Shown here piece by piece: positions 29,110-39,267 of a stretch of DNA of 64,000 bases (position 1 is the stretch's first letter; each line of letters opens with the position of its first letter). Position numbers and translations under genes: made by a program. The stretch is from an uncultured Gammaproteobacteria bacterium. GTDB lineage: Bacteria > Patescibacteriota > Patescibacteriia > JAHIZJ01. Under the pieces are notes generated by a model that saw nothing but the letters and a program-made list of their open reading frames with translations, was not told the DNA's origin and searched no databases. The stretch lies in NCBI GenBank assembly GCA_964594455.1, contig CAZQLY010000004.1:61972-125971 (forward strand). Reading direction: 5' to 3'.

Positions 29110-29233
29110 GGCCGTTACCTCCTTTGAAACCGTCTATTCACCGCAAAAAGCGGCAGTAACCGTAAATCCAAAAGGACTGTCCTTATACCATAAGAACAGA
29201 CCATTATACGTTTTTTGTCAAGTCTGTCAAGAG

Positions 29234-29671
29234 TTAGTGTCTTTGATACAAGCCAATCAGCTCCGCTGAATCAAGGGCGTGAAGCTGTACCTCTTGTAAG
29301 AAATTTTCACTTGTTAGGCCTTCGAGTTTAGCAACATCCAGGGCGTAAACCTTAAAAACATACTGATGTTTCCCTGATGGCGGGCAAGGACCACCGTAAG
29401 ATTCCTTACCAAAATCGTTTTTGACCTCAACCGCTCCTTCTGGGCATCCGCTTTTTTCCTTCAACTCATTGGTAGCAACAGGTATGTTGGCTACAAACCA
29501 ATGATTGAAATCGCCCATCGGGGCATCAGGGTCTATACAAGAAACAGCGAAGCTTTTTGTCTCTTCCGGGAATTCAGACCAGAAGAGTTGCGGAGAAATG
29601 TCATCGCCATCACAAGTATACATAACCGGGATGTCTCCTTGATCGTTAAAGGCTTGGGATTCTAATTTCAT
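29234..29671 (-). CDS. YbhB/YbcL Raf-kinase-inhibitor-like (PEBP) protein
   Basis: YTCDG.DISP.L.W, DPDAP.G.F.HW, YGGPCPPSG.H.Y.F. Confidence 0.93.
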   Translation of the reverse strand: MKLESQAFNDQGDIPVMYTCDGDDISPQLFWSEFPEETKSFAVSCIDPDAPMGDFNHWFVANIPVATNELKEKSGCPEGAVEVKNDFGKESYGGPCPPSGKHQYVFKVYALDVAKLEGLTSENFLQEVQLHALDSAELIGLYQRH

Positions 29672-29683
29672 AAATTTTTCTTA

Positions 29684-30406
29684 TTAATCAAATTCATTTA
29701 AACTATGGTTCCAACTACAGTATTCGCAGCTAGTATGCCTTTTAGGTAACGGCCCATGTAATAATTCTACGGCGTCTTCAAATGTTTTCTTGGCCCGTTT
29801 AAGATCAGTAGGCACTTTTACTACCGCTGTATTAAATACTACTTGGCCATTTTGCTTCACTGTCTTGGGATAATAATAAAGCAGATAAGCGAAGCTGGCC
29901 GTTTCATACCCGTTGGCTGAGAGCAGTAGAGCGTAGGTGTCCAGTTGAGTCTGGTAGTACCTCTCCGAGTCCCCTGGTCTAGGAGCACTACCTCTGGTTT
30001 TATAATCCAAAGGGATATATTTCTTGCCACTCGATAAGCAATCGTCCAGCGCTCCAAACAAAGTGGCTTTGATTTTTTTATCTTCATATTCCAATCCAGT
30101 ACGCCAGTTGCGCCATAGATCCATCAATTTCAAATCAGGCATCAATTTGCCCACAATCTTGCCCTCAAGCTCAGGCGGCATAGCATCTTTTTTTCTAAAC
30201 ACATCCATATAGTCTTTGATCACCAAATCCATGCCTCCCGGAAGCGAAGGAAAAATTCCCCTCGGGCGATGGATTCTCTCGTTATAATGCAGCCAAAAAC
30301 AACGTGGGCATTCTCTGAACAAATTCAGCCCGGTTGTAGGTGATAATCTGACAGGTTTGTAATTCATATCTTTTTTTATAATATCAAATATGTCAGTTTG
30401 TGTCAT
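29684..30406 (-). CDS. PD-(D/E)XK nuclease (Cas4/AddB-like with Cys cluster)
   Basis: LSPT....F.ECPRCFW; G.LDD...PLDYKT; QL..Y; C-terminal CEYC. Confidence 0.85.
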   Translation of the reverse strand: MTQTDIFDIIKKDMNYKPVRLSPTTGLNLFRECPRCFWLHYNERIHRPRGIFPSLPGGMDLVIKDYMDVFRKKDAMPPELEGKIVGKLMPDLKLMDLWRNWRTGLEYEDKKIKATLFGALDDCLSSGKKYIPLDYKTRGSAPRPGDSERYYQTQLDTYALLLSANGYETASFAYLLYYYPKTVKQNGQVVFNTAVVKVPTDLKRAKKTFEDAVELLHGPLPKRHTSCEYCSWNHSLNEFD

Positions 30407-31058
30407 TTACATTACTCTTTTTTAATTTATCAATGTTAAACGAATCAGCTAAAGTATAATTCCCTACTCTGGTTCTCTCCAAACTCTTTAGATAACCGCC
30501 TACTTCAAGTGTTTTTCCGATATCACGTGCCAACGAACGTATATAGACGCCGGGGCCTGTGACTACTCTCAATTTTAAGTCCGGCCAGCGATAACTCAAC
30601 AATTCTATCTGCTCTATTTTAACTGTTCGAGGTTTTATTTCTACTTTCTGTCCTTTTCTGGCATATTTATAGGCCACTCGGCCTTTTATATTTACAGCAC
30701 TGTAGATGGGTGGGGTTTGTTTAATATTACCACAAAAATGTTTTATCGCTTGCAATACTTCATTTTCGCTTGGGATAGAGTTAATTTCTATCTCTTCCTT
30801 GTCTCCTTCTTGATCATCAGTAGTACTATACTCACCCAATCGAACCATAGCGATATACTCTTTTTCTTTTTGCACTACTGTACTAAGCTGTCTAGTGGCC
30901 TCACGTCCCACGCCCACAACCAATACACCGCTGGCTAAAGGATCTAAGGTTCCAGCATGCCCAACTCTTTTAACTCCTGTGATTTTCTTGACCTGCTGAA
31001 CCACATCATTTGAAGTAGGGCCGATTGGTTTGTTTACAGAAATAATATTTTTCATCAA
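30393..31058 (-). CDS. truB: tRNA pseudouridine(55) synthase
   Basis: NKP.G.TS.D.V, VGHAGTLDPLASGVL, Q.PPIYSA, G.YIRSLARDIG. Confidence 0.95.
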   Translation of the reverse strand: MMKNIISVNKPIGPTSNDVVQQVKKITGVKRVGHAGTLDPLASGVLVVGVGREATRQLSTVVQKEKEYIAMVRLGEYSTTDDQEGDKEEIEINSIPSENEVLQAIKHFCGNIKQTPPIYSAVNIKGRVAYKYARKGQKVEIKPRTVKIEQIELLSYRWPDLKLRVVTGPGVYIRSLARDIGKTLEVGGYLKSLERTRVGNYTLADSFNIDKLKKSNVNDTN

Positions 31059-31129
31059 ATTAATTATACACTGGTTTTTGAAATAAAAAAATTCGCCGCT
31101 GTTGAGCGACGAACCAAGACCTGGCTGAT

Positions 31130-31357
31130 CTACTCCTCCGGAAGAGTGGCGATGGATGTCTTTTCCAGATCGATCATCTCAACTTCCGTGCTAGGCATGC
31201 CAAAGAGCTGCCCGGAATCGGTGATGATTGTTATGGTGTCAAGGCTAATCACATGGATTTTGCCTTGGATCATCTCACCGCAGGCGATTCTCATGGATGC
31301 CCTACCACCCATGGTAATTATGTTGCCTTTGCGATCAAAGACAAACGACCTGTCCAC
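31130..31357 (-). CDS. small hypothetical protein
   Basis: AAGGAGG RBS before GTG; terminator downstream. Confidence 0.45.
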   Translation of the reverse strand: MDRSFVFDRKGNIITMGGRASMRIACGEMIQGKIHVISLDTITIITDSGQLFGMPSTEVEMIDLEKTSIATLPEE

Positions 31358-31470
31358 GGTTACCTCCTTGTTGAGATGCAAAATATTGAACAAAAATAAC
31401 CCAAAACGGGTTATATAACCAGATTACTATTTATATATATATTCCGTCAAGCTAATTTATACACAATGAA

Positions 31471-31836
31471 TCAGAGATCAACTCCACCTCTTCTTTGGTT
31501 GTTTTTCTCTATTTGCAAGAAAAGTAAAAACGATGATACCACCAATGGCACCCCGGTGATAGAAGCCGCTAACAAATGACTGCTGCCGGCCCGGAAGTAT
31601 GAATCCAGGCCAAAAGCTATCCCGAATATCAATAACAGCCAAGCTCCGAGTCTTATTTCAAACCAGGATACAATAATGGAAAAACAAACCAAAATAAATA
31701 TTATTACCATCAGCGTCGGTATCTCGGCCCACTCTGACTCGGTGATTCCTGAGCCGACAAACATTGCACCAAAAAACAAGCCAAAGGCCGTGGCCAAACT
31801 ACGTCCGATTATTGAAAAGACGTTGCTTTTGTTCAT
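31471..31836 (-). CDS. 4-TM membrane protein
   Basis: Hydropathy pattern. Confidence 0.65.
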   Translation of the reverse strand: MNKSNVFSIIGRSLATAFGLFFGAMFVGSGITESEWAEIPTLMVIIFILVCFSIIVSWFEIRLGAWLLLIFGIAFGLDSYFRAGSSHLLAASITGVPLVVSSFLLFLQIEKNNQRRGGVDL

Positions 31837-31841
31837 CTGAA

Positions 31842-32060
31842 CTAAATCTGCTCTAAAATATCAATCACCCCGGCTACCATGCGCTCATGCCGGCGTTCGT
31901 CCTCGATAATTCCTTTAACAATAATTCGATCTTCCTCATTTTTCAAAATAAGTAAAAGCATTCTCTCGTAGTAATCGCCTGATTGAGCTTCCAGTGATTT
32001 CAACATTTTGAAATCACTGATCATTGTTCCAATATCTTTTGTCATATTAGTATTTGGCAA
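31842..32060 (-). CDS. small ferritin/rubrerythrin-like half-domain protein
   Basis: E....YY...I.EDE.RH motif. Confidence 0.6.
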   Translation of the reverse strand: MPNTNMTKDIGTMISDFKMLKSLEAQSGDYYERMLLLILKNEEDRIIVKGIIEDERRHERMVAGVIDILEQI

Positions 32061-32292
32061 TTATTTTCTTAAATAACTCCTCATGCTTCTGTGAATCCCG
32101 GACCAAGGCGTCTAAAACCGTCTTAATAGATTTTTTGTCGCTCTCGGGAATTTTCTCACTATCAATAACTTCGTTGACACGCTGAGATATTACGCTGACG
32201 AATTTTTCTTCGAGCAAGACGCCTTGTTTAATAATGTCTCGGGTGCCTTCCTCATCTATCTTTTCAATTACTTTCCTGCTTAGATTGGTCAT
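32047..32292 (-). CDS. small ferritin-like half-domain protein
   Basis: EE.........L..DS.KH motif; overlaps the partner gene. Confidence 0.55.
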   Translation of the reverse strand: MTNLSRKVIEKIDEEGTRDIIKQGVLLEEKFVSVISQRVNEVIDSEKIPESDKKSIKTVLDALVRDSQKHEELFKKIIAKY

Positions 32293-32355
32293 AAAGTTAG
32301 TTATAATTATTAGCTTAACAAAAACCCCAGAAACATTCTGGAGTTTTTGATATAT

Positions 32356-32436
32356 TTACTCTTTTTTACAATCGCATTGGCATTCGGGGCCACAAGCACA
32401 GTTGTTTTTTGTGGCGCCACAGCCACAAAAGCACAT
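32356..32436 (-). CDS. metallothionein-like microprotein MCFCGCGATKNNCACGPECQCDCKKE
   Basis: 8 Cys in 26 aa; AAGGAGG RBS; TTGTCA-N17-TATAAT promoter; terminator 32319-32348. Confidence 0.7.
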   Translation of the reverse strand: MCFCGCGATKNNCACGPECQCDCKKE

Positions 32437-32523
32437 TTCTTTTTCCTCCTTCATATCTAATTCATTATTTATTAGATATCCTTAATTATAATGCAACGCG
32501 CCATATCTGACAAGCACTCCAAA

Positions 32524-33297
32524 CTAAAGCACAGAATCTATCATCTGTTTGATCTGAGCATAAGGCAGAGCTCCCGATACCGGTATGGTTTCACTGCCGG
32601 CCAACAGTATCGAGTAGGGCGTGCCTGTTCCGCCAGCGGCCGTGGCCTGACCAAGTTGTTCATCAACCTTATTACTGTATTTACCAGAGTTCAAGCAGGA
32701 TTCAAAGGCGGTTTTATCCAATCCTACTGCTGCTGCAATCTCGGGCAACTGATCTGCGCTTAATCCGTTGTTGGATGGCGTAGTCTCAAACAGCTCATCC
32801 AAGAAAGCCCAGAATCCGTCATTACCACCTAATTCTCCAGCACACTCGGCAGCCTCAGCTTCTTTGGGCGCTTTGGAGTGCAAGGAGGCTAACGGAAAAT
32901 GACGATAGACCCAATTAACTTGGCCATCGTATTCTTCTATCACCTGCAGCATGGTTTCGTGAAAGCGCTTGCAGTAAGGGCATTCCGTATCAGAGAATTC
33001 GATAATCGTCACTGGGGCATTAAGATCCCCTCTCACCCAATCTGAATCTGAAACCGGTTGGACTGTTATATCGCCACTGCCGGTTGGACTGGGGGCGGTT
33101 GGAGCCGCTGCTACATTGTTGGTATTGGCTGTTTTGGCACTACCCGAGGCTTCGACACTTGACTCATCAAGACCGAAGACCAAGGCTAACATTATGAAGA
33201 AGCCGATCGTAGTCAAACCAAAGAATGTTACTATCATGCCAGCCAAAAAGGACTTCTTGGGACCCAGCAGTGATAGCATGTTTTTATCTTCTGACAT
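32524..33297 (-). CDS. DsbA family oxidoreductase
   Basis: EFSDTECPYC, YRHFPL...H..A..AE, GTP. Confidence 0.92.
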   Translation of the reverse strand: MSEDKNMLSLLGPKKSFLAGMIVTFFGLTTIGFFIMLALVFGLDESSVEASGSAKTANTNNVAAAPTAPSPTGSGDITVQPVSDSDWVRGDLNAPVTIIEFSDTECPYCKRFHETMLQVIEEYDGQVNWVYRHFPLASLHSKAPKEAEAAECAGELGGNDGFWAFLDELFETTPSNNGLSADQLPEIAAAVGLDKTAFESCLNSGKYSNKVDEQLGQATAAGGTGTPYSILLAGSETIPVSGALPYAQIKQMIDSVL

Positions 33298-33316
33298 ATC
33301 ATTTCTTAATTAATAA

Positions 33317-34261
33317 TTAGTCGATGTGTTCTTGTTGTTTGAATGCTTCCGGACCCAGATCAAGATCTATTTCCGCCCAGATTTTTATTTCTGGGATAAT
33401 AGTTTGAGCGGGTTCGGTCAAAATTGAGACTGTTTTGTAGAATTTTCCTTCCGGCTCTTCATGCAGATTTGGGTCAAAGGTCACGGTTAACACGCCCTGA
33501 GACTCTTTTTCCAACTGGGCAGTGTCTATCTCAGCCGTAGTGCAGGCACAACTTCCAGGAACGCCCGACACTTTTACTGGTTCTATCCCAGTATAGGTGA
33601 ATTCAAAATCATGACTTACTGTACCTCCGCTTTGCTTCAAGGTTCCAAAATCATATTCTCGTTCCGCAAAACTGAAGTCGCCCTGCTTCACTGGATAGGA
33701 ATTCATAGCCATCTGGTCGTTATAATCAGTTTCGGACAAAACCCTACCAAATACTCTGAGTATAAGCTTGGATCCGCTGGCAGCCGACTGATCAGCAATT
33801 GTAACAGTGTCGTCGGGAGCCGCACTAGTTATGACTTGCGCTTGACGGTCGATCGGGCCTACTTCGTTAGGACCGTGCGCTAACGGATCAAAGATTACTT
33901 TTACTTCAAATTCTTCTCCAGCCGGCACAATCTTGTTCCATTTCGACGGATTATTGTGCATACCGAAGATCTGAGTGTTGCTTTCACCGGGTATGACTAT
34001 TCTGGCCGTAGTACACATACAAGATGTCGAGGCTGTTTTTATCACTAGTGGCTCAGTGGAATTGTTTCTCAGCCGAAAACTGTGCTCCACGTTTCCACCC
34101 TGAATATTAATCATCTCCCAATCATGGACTAGCGAATCCACCGCTGTGATCGAACCACTTGGCCACTCCACGTCAGAAGCAGGTGATCCACCCGTTGCTT
34201 GCACTACCAGAAAAACAACCGCTGCCAGCGTTAATCCTGATATAACCAAAAATTTTTTCAT
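33317..34261 (-). CDS. double DUF1573 (Ig-like, CxC) protein
   Basis: TSCMCTTA...FDP.AHGP and GSCACTTA...FDPNLH. Confidence 0.8.
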   Translation of the reverse strand: MKKFLVISGLTLAAVVFLVVQATGGSPASDVEWPSGSITAVDSLVHDWEMINIQGGNVEHSFRLRNNSTEPLVIKTASTSCMCTTARIVIPGESNTQIFGMHNNPSKWNKIVPAGEEFEVKVIFDPLAHGPNEVGPIDRQAQVITSAAPDDTVTIADQSAASGSKLILRVFGRVLSETDYNDQMAMNSYPVKQGDFSFAEREYDFGTLKQSGGTVSHDFEFTYTGIEPVKVSGVPGSCACTTAEIDTAQLEKESQGVLTVTFDPNLHEEPEGKFYKTVSILTEPAQTIIPEIKIWAEIDLDLGPEAFKQQEHID

Positions 34262-34312
34262 AAGAATAACACAAATTAATGATACGATAATAATCAGGTA
34301 TTATCGTTTGTG

Positions 34313-34654
34313 CTACTCCAAAAGTATTATACTATCGAAAATATATCGTTGTTGGAATTGAACTAGTTGATCACGCAATAACTTGTAGATAGGCTGGATA
34401 AACCAATATCCCAAGGCAATAAATACGGCAATTAAAAGATAGAAAAATTCGACCGTCACCTCTTCAGTCTTCATCAAATTGCCAGTGATTAAACAATGTA
34501 AAGCGCAGGCTGACTTATCTATTTCACCGGCTGAGTTGTTATGAGCGGCCATATTGCTTTCTGGAGTCATCTGATGTACTTCACCACCACTAAATATAAA
34601 AGCGGATATGCCAAATATTATAATAAATATAGTTAAGATAGCAAAATGTTTCAT
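34313..34654 (-). CDS. membrane protein with CxxHC motif
   Basis: Two TM segments; CALHC. Confidence 0.55.
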   Translation of the reverse strand: MKHFAILTIFIIIFGISAFIFSGGEVHQMTPESNMAAHNNSAGEIDKSACALHCLITGNLMKTEEVTVEFFYLLIAVFIALGYWFIQPIYKLLRDQLVQFQQRYIFDSIILLE

Positions 34655-34693
34655 TAGGGTTAATTATACAATATATCGTAATAATGTCGAATA

Positions 34694-35491
34694 TTATACA
34701 TCAATCCAAGATTTAAAATATGGATGAAATATGCGCCAACCGCCTTTTTTACCTAATTCTTCTTTAATATAAGAATCTTTTATCTCAACCATCCGGGCAT
34801 TGAGAGGAATTTTTGCCTTATCTTCGAACCACCAAACTCCGATATCTTTTTCATAAAACGGTATTTGGAATATCTTGGCGTAGGTTGGAATCTTATACTC
34901 TAACATACCTAGTTTATTGTCTGGCAAAGTAGAAAACTTCTCCCAGAATATCCTGGGAAATATTTCAAAGATGAAAAGGCAGCACAACAATTGATCCTGG
35001 TAGTCATACTTTTCGCTGAGGTATTTTTTGAATTCTAAATATTGTTTTCGTCCCTCTTTCTCTCTTTTAAGGTTGTCTTTTTTAGTCCAACTCCATTTAC
35101 TTTCAATGTCAGGGGTTAGTAACCTGGTTCCAGAAAGAAAAATCTGGTCTTTTTTTAATCCGCAAAAAACATTTTTTAAGGAATCAAAAACTAACATGTC
35201 CCATTGGACAATAGCAATGCTGTCCCATTCCAAACTCTTACCTCTCTGTTCGTACCAATCTAACAAGGCCAAATCCCCTTCCAGCCATTTCCAATGGGTA
35301 TCGTCACTCGGGCAGATATAGAAATCGTCCAGCAAACCGTTTAATCCATTACGGAAGTCTGCCGCATCCTTTTTATCACCACCAAACAACCCATAAACCT
35401 TAAGGTCGGGGTTGGTTTTCTTGATCAATTCTAAGTGATTGCGAGTAACCTCCAGCTCTTTGTAAAACCAGTAAAGAATGGCTATTTTCAT
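34694..35491 (-). CDS. hypothetical protein, possible glycosyltransferase-like fold
   Basis: QWD motif; C-terminal FHP. Confidence 0.55.
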   Translation of the reverse strand: MKIAILYWFYKELEVTRNHLELIKKTNPDLKVYGLFGGDKKDAADFRNGLNGLLDDFYICPSDDTHWKWLEGDLALLDWYEQRGKSLEWDSIAIVQWDMLVFDSLKNVFCGLKKDQIFLSGTRLLTPDIESKWSWTKKDNLKREKEGRKQYLEFKKYLSEKYDYQDQLLCCLFIFEIFPRIFWEKFSTLPDNKLGMLEYKIPTYAKIFQIPFYEKDIGVWWFEDKAKIPLNARMVEIKDSYIKEELGKKGGWRIFHPYFKSWIDV

Positions 35492-36189
35492 TTCTGCATG
35501 TAGAATTTTCTCTTGGCTTCGGGGAATTTCTCTATAGCGTAACGCAACATAGTACGAGGCATTTTTTTGTAACGCGGTTTTAGAAATTTTTCTTCGGTGG
35601 CCAAATCACGGTTACCTACTTCTCGCAACATCCAGCCTACCGCCTTGTGTATTAAATCATGATCTTCCTGCCAAAGTATTTCCGACAATTTCAATGTACC
35701 CTGAAAATCATTATTCCTAATAAAAGTATAGGAGGCCAAAATGGCAATGCGTTTCTCCCAGAGACTTTTTGATCGAGCCAGCTGGTACAAGATCTTTCTG
35801 GGTTTATCCAACAAGTAGTGTCCGACAATATTTGGCGCTGATAAATCCACCAAATCCCAATTATTAATATGTTGAGTGTTCTTCAGGTATAGATCAAATA
35901 TCTTCTTTTTTGTAGCAGCATCTCCGGCTTTGTAATGAAATATCAGAATGAATAAACCGATCATGCGATGTTCGTGAATTGGGTTTTGGATAAGCTTAAC
36001 CGCGTCAGCCAAGGGCAATTGCTTATACTTCTTGAAGAGTGAGCGCAGAACCGGCACCTTGATCCCAATAAACCTGTCGCCTTCTCCGTATTGACCTTTA
36101 CCAGTCTTAAAAAACCTCTGATATTGTTCGGCCTGTTTCTTATTCGAACGTTTTTTTAACTCCTTAGTAATATTATTATAATCACTCAT
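35488..36189 (-). CDS. DNA alkylation repair protein (AlkD-like)
   Basis: FFKTG.G.YGEGD.F.G, NNWDLVD, DLIHKAVGWMLRE, MPRTMLRYAIE. Confidence 0.92.
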   Translation of the reverse strand: MSDYNNITKELKKRSNKKQAEQYQRFFKTGKGQYGEGDRFIGIKVPVLRSLFKKYKQLPLADAVKLIQNPIHEHRMIGLFILIFHYKAGDAATKKKIFDLYLKNTQHINNWDLVDLSAPNIVGHYLLDKPRKILYQLARSKSLWEKRIAILASYTFIRNNDFQGTLKLSEILWQEDHDLIHKAVGWMLREVGNRDLATEEKFLKPRYKKMPRTMLRYAIEKFPEAKRKFYMQK

Positions 36190-36352
36190 TTTTCAACTTT
36201 TACTAGTAAAGAATTCCTTAACATTATAGCATTTTAAAGACTTTAACCAAAACACATTATCTTGACAGGAAGGTTGGTCGTGCGGTAAGTTTATTAACTT
36301 TATAGATAAAGGAAGCACATTCAAAAAAATCCTCAAGCCAAAGGAGGGGTAT

Positions 36353-37504
36353 ATGCAGGGCATTGAACGAGGTTATTGCAATGTCTGCATTGGGGCTCTA
36401 GTTACTGCTTGGCGCTCGCTCATGGAGGTACCGGCGGCTGAGGCGCTTGAGCAGACTCGTTACGGCCACAAAGCAGACACAATGGGCTTGGATGCTATTC
36501 CCGAGATTATCATCGGTGATCGCATCCGTCAGCACGATCGGCACTCGATCCTAGTGACCGAGGAGCTGGAAGAAACTGACATCCGCCGCTGGCCGACCGA
36601 TTCCGATCGCGTTCGCCAGCCTCTGATGTTCTTCTCTGATCCGACTGATCGGTCAATCCAGCTTGGTCAGTTCATTCGTGAGGTTTCCAAAGATAGACCG
36701 CTGGCCAAGGTCGGAATCTTGATGGGACGCGACAAGGGAGTCCGTGCCTGGGAAGAGCAGTTCGAGAAACCGGCTTCGATCACCGGAGCAACCACCTCAA
36801 TCACCTGCGTGCGTAAGGGCGAGATCATCTTCGCCGTGATGGTGAACTACGTCACTCAGCAGATCATCGTAGCCTGCTCCGAAGGTGTATTCATTATGAA
36901 ACTGCCGCGGTTCACCGATCCTGTTCTGGATTCCATCAACTTGGCTTTTATCACGAGCCACGGCAGGTCCCTAATCTTCCCGCCGGTAGGTACGGTTTGC
37001 ACAACGGCTGATGACTGCCGTCGTTTCGTCACCTATCTGGGCAAGACCGGCTATCCGGAGAATTTCCGGGACAGCATGATCTTCATGGAGGAGCCGGGCA
37101 ATTTCCTCCACCACACTGAACCGGGTGGCCCAGCCAGGATTCTCTATCTTTCGAATCTCCAACTAGGTCATGGCCCTATCGGTTTCGTTATGGCCAACGG
37201 TGAGAAGATCGGTGAGTGGATCCACTGGCTGGCCTTTGCCAAATTCTCACCCAAACGGCTGCGCGTCTTCGAGATCTCGATCGACCGGCCCTACATCAAG
37301 GCTGGAGTTCTGATGTCTACCGCCCCGGCTTACAGTATCTTCCGGGACGAAGACGGAATCACCTATCTTGATGTCAGCCGCCTGCGCAACTTCACCATGC
37401 CCAGCAAGTTCCGTTCCATGCTGGTAGTTACCCAGTTTGATAACGAGCGGATCGTTCACATCATGCGTCAGCATGACTATCGGGAAATCACTTTGACCCG
37501 ATAA
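36353..37504 (+). CDS. divergent inositol-monophosphatase/FBPase (FIG)-fold protein
   Basis: D..PE..I, TEE, DPTDRS (cf. DPIDGT). Confidence 0.5.
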   Translation: MQGIERGYCNVCIGALVTAWRSLMEVPAAEALEQTRYGHKADTMGLDAIPEIIIGDRIRQHDRHSILVTEELEETDIRRWPTDSDRVRQPLMFFSDPTDRSIQLGQFIREVSKDRPLAKVGILMGRDKGVRAWEEQFEKPASITGATTSITCVRKGEIIFAVMVNYVTQQIIVACSEGVFIMKLPRFTDPVLDSINLAFITSHGRSLIFPPVGTVCTTADDCRRFVTYLGKTGYPENFRDSMIFMEEPGNFLHHTEPGGPARILYLSNLQLGHGPIGFVMANGEKIGEWIHWLAFAKFSPKRLRVFEISIDRPYIKAGVLMSTAPAYSIFRDEDGITYLDVSRLRNFTMPSKFRSMLVVTQFDNERIVHIMRQHDYREITLTR

Positions 37505-37550
37505 CAAAAAACCCTCGTCTTGAGATGACGAGGGTGTTTTTTTGTCTTAT

Positions 37551-38339
37551 TTAAACCGGTCTTAATGTCCCAGCCCATACTTGCCAAGCAAGTAATGACT
37601 TGGCCACAAGACTTAGAATTATGTAGACAGTTTCGCCATAAAGATAATCGCGCCACTTGCCTACTTTCTTGTATTGCAGAATCATGTTAATGGCAAAGAC
37701 ATTAAAGAATATGAAAATTGACAGGAATATCCAATAGACAAAGTCCGGAGCTCTATTTTCACCACTGCCGGCGTTGAACAAATAAAATGCGATTGCTACC
37801 CACGGTATAGCTCCGGCAATACAGCCAAAAATGTATGAAGTCCAATCAGTTTTGGTGGTTGTTTGATTATGCAGTTCCATCACCCAGCCGAATAAAATCA
37901 TCATGGCGTTCAAGAAAAACATTAGCATCAAACTAATTCCATCGTACATACCAGTCAGCATGGCAATAACCACAATCATAATTGAAGAGCTGAATGAATA
38001 TTCAATCCAGCGGGCATAATTAGCGCCTTTGCCCAAATTCCTGACATACCACTGATAAATTCCAGGCAGTGAGATCATAAGATGGGCCAAAGCGGATAGG
38101 AATAAAAACAAAGCCACAATCGGTCCGATCTTCAGGTCAAAAAGCGTTTCCATGACCGGTGTTAGTTTGTTCTGACTAGCATCAAAATCCACAAACGAGC
38201 TAGTGACCGGCAGGGCAAAATCGCTGCTTAAAACCAGCATCAAAACAGCCTGCACCAAGTGCAGGGCGCCCATAAATAAATTAAATACTCTAAGTTTTCT
38301 AAATTTGTTTTCGCTGCTGGGTTGAATTTGTTCCTCCAT
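37551..38339 (-). CDS. heliorhodopsin
   Basis: LH..QA, RWIEYS.SSS.M, YIILSLVAKSLLAWQ with the retinal-binding Lys. Confidence 0.93.
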   Translation of the reverse strand: MEEQIQPSSENKFRKLRVFNLFMGALHLVQAVLMLVLSSDFALPVTSSFVDFDASQNKLTPVMETLFDLKIGPIVALFLFLSALAHLMISLPGIYQWYVRNLGKGANYARWIEYSFSSSIMIVVIAMLTGMYDGISLMLMFFLNAMMILFGWVMELHNQTTTKTDWTSYIFGCIAGAIPWVAIAFYLFNAGSGENRAPDFVYWIFLSIFIFFNVFAINMILQYKKVGKWRDYLYGETVYIILSLVAKSLLAWQVWAGTLRPV

Positions 38340-38382
38340 ATTTTTATAAATAATAGTTATTTTCTACATTATAACATATTTT

Positions 38383-38874
38383 CTATTTTGTTCTAGGGGG
38401 CAAGAAATTTTCCAACCTGGTTTTATAATAATATTTGTGCCAGATCGTATGGTTGATCGAGAAAATTCTCAAAATCGGGATCAGAAATCCGATATACTGC
38501 TGAGCGTTTTTTCTGCCCTGCCACTCATAAATACCCAAGTAATTCTTGGCGTTTGGATCAACCATCCATAGTTTTGTTTTTAACCCGCTCAGCCCGCTCC
38601 AAAACGGGGTGGTCAAAATGCAAATGCGCTGAAACAACCAGTGCATAAAAACATTTGAATCTATCAGCTTCAAACGAAATCCAATCACCAGAACTGTCGG
38701 TTCAGTCACGTCACGATGCAGCCTTTTGGTTTCACGAAACACAACGAAACTTCCAGCCTGATCCAGATCAACGATCTTTCCCAAACGATCTCTTTTTAAT
38801 CGCAACCAAAAAACATTCCACGGAAAACGGAATATGGAAACAAGAATGAGATAAATAATTCTATATGCTTTCAA
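38383..38874 (-). CDS. YdhR-like (dimeric alpha/beta barrel) protein
   Basis: P.W.GL.GL.TKLW.......Y.GIYEW. Confidence 0.65.
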   Translation of the reverse strand: MKAYRIIYLILVSIFRFPWNVFWLRLKRDRLGKIVDLDQAGSFVVFRETKRLHRDVTEPTVLVIGFRLKLIDSNVFMHWLFQRICILTTPFWSGLSGLKTKLWMVDPNAKNYLGIYEWQGRKNAQQYIGFLIPILRIFSINHTIWHKYYYKTRLENFLPPRTK

Positions 38875-38879
38875 CTTTT

Positions 38880-39257
38880 TTAGATGGTCTCCCCTAATTC
38901 ACCCAAATAATAAGTACTTAAGGTTGCTTCAGCTTCGGCTGTGTGAGTGTCCTCTCCTCCCTGCGTAGAAAATTCCTGAGTAGCATCAGTACCGCAATTC
39001 GGTATGATTCTGTCGCTACCACCGGGATGTTGATCAATAAAATCAGTAACATCATAAACTCCACTATCAATTAATAACCAGCAATCGCTGGCAGAATCAT
39101 GTTTTGATAATTCACCCATAGTTAATTGCGTACCGGCAAAATTCTCTACATTTGAATTCGTATTGCTGTTAGCCTCATTGCTTGGAGAATTGGAACTCAT
39201 CCACCAAAGCCCAGCTACAGCTATAACGATAATGCCGATTATTATGGCTGTTCTCAT
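38880..39257 (-). CDS. cytochrome b5-like heme-binding protein
   Basis: EL.KH....DCW..I...VYDVT.F...HPGG...CG.DAT..F....H. Confidence 0.92.
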   Translation of the reverse strand: MRTAIIIGIIVIAVAGLWWMSSNSPSNEANSNTNSNVENFAGTQLTMGELSKHDSASDCWLLIDSGVYDVTDFIDQHPGGSDRIIPNCGTDATQEFSTQGGEDTHTAEAEATLSTYYLGELGETI

Positions 39258-39267
39258 AAAATATCAG

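Noticed and set aside
29684-30406. Cas4 of a CRISPR system
   Set aside because: Solo PD-(D/E)XK nuclease among housekeeping genes, with no cas1/cas2 or array.
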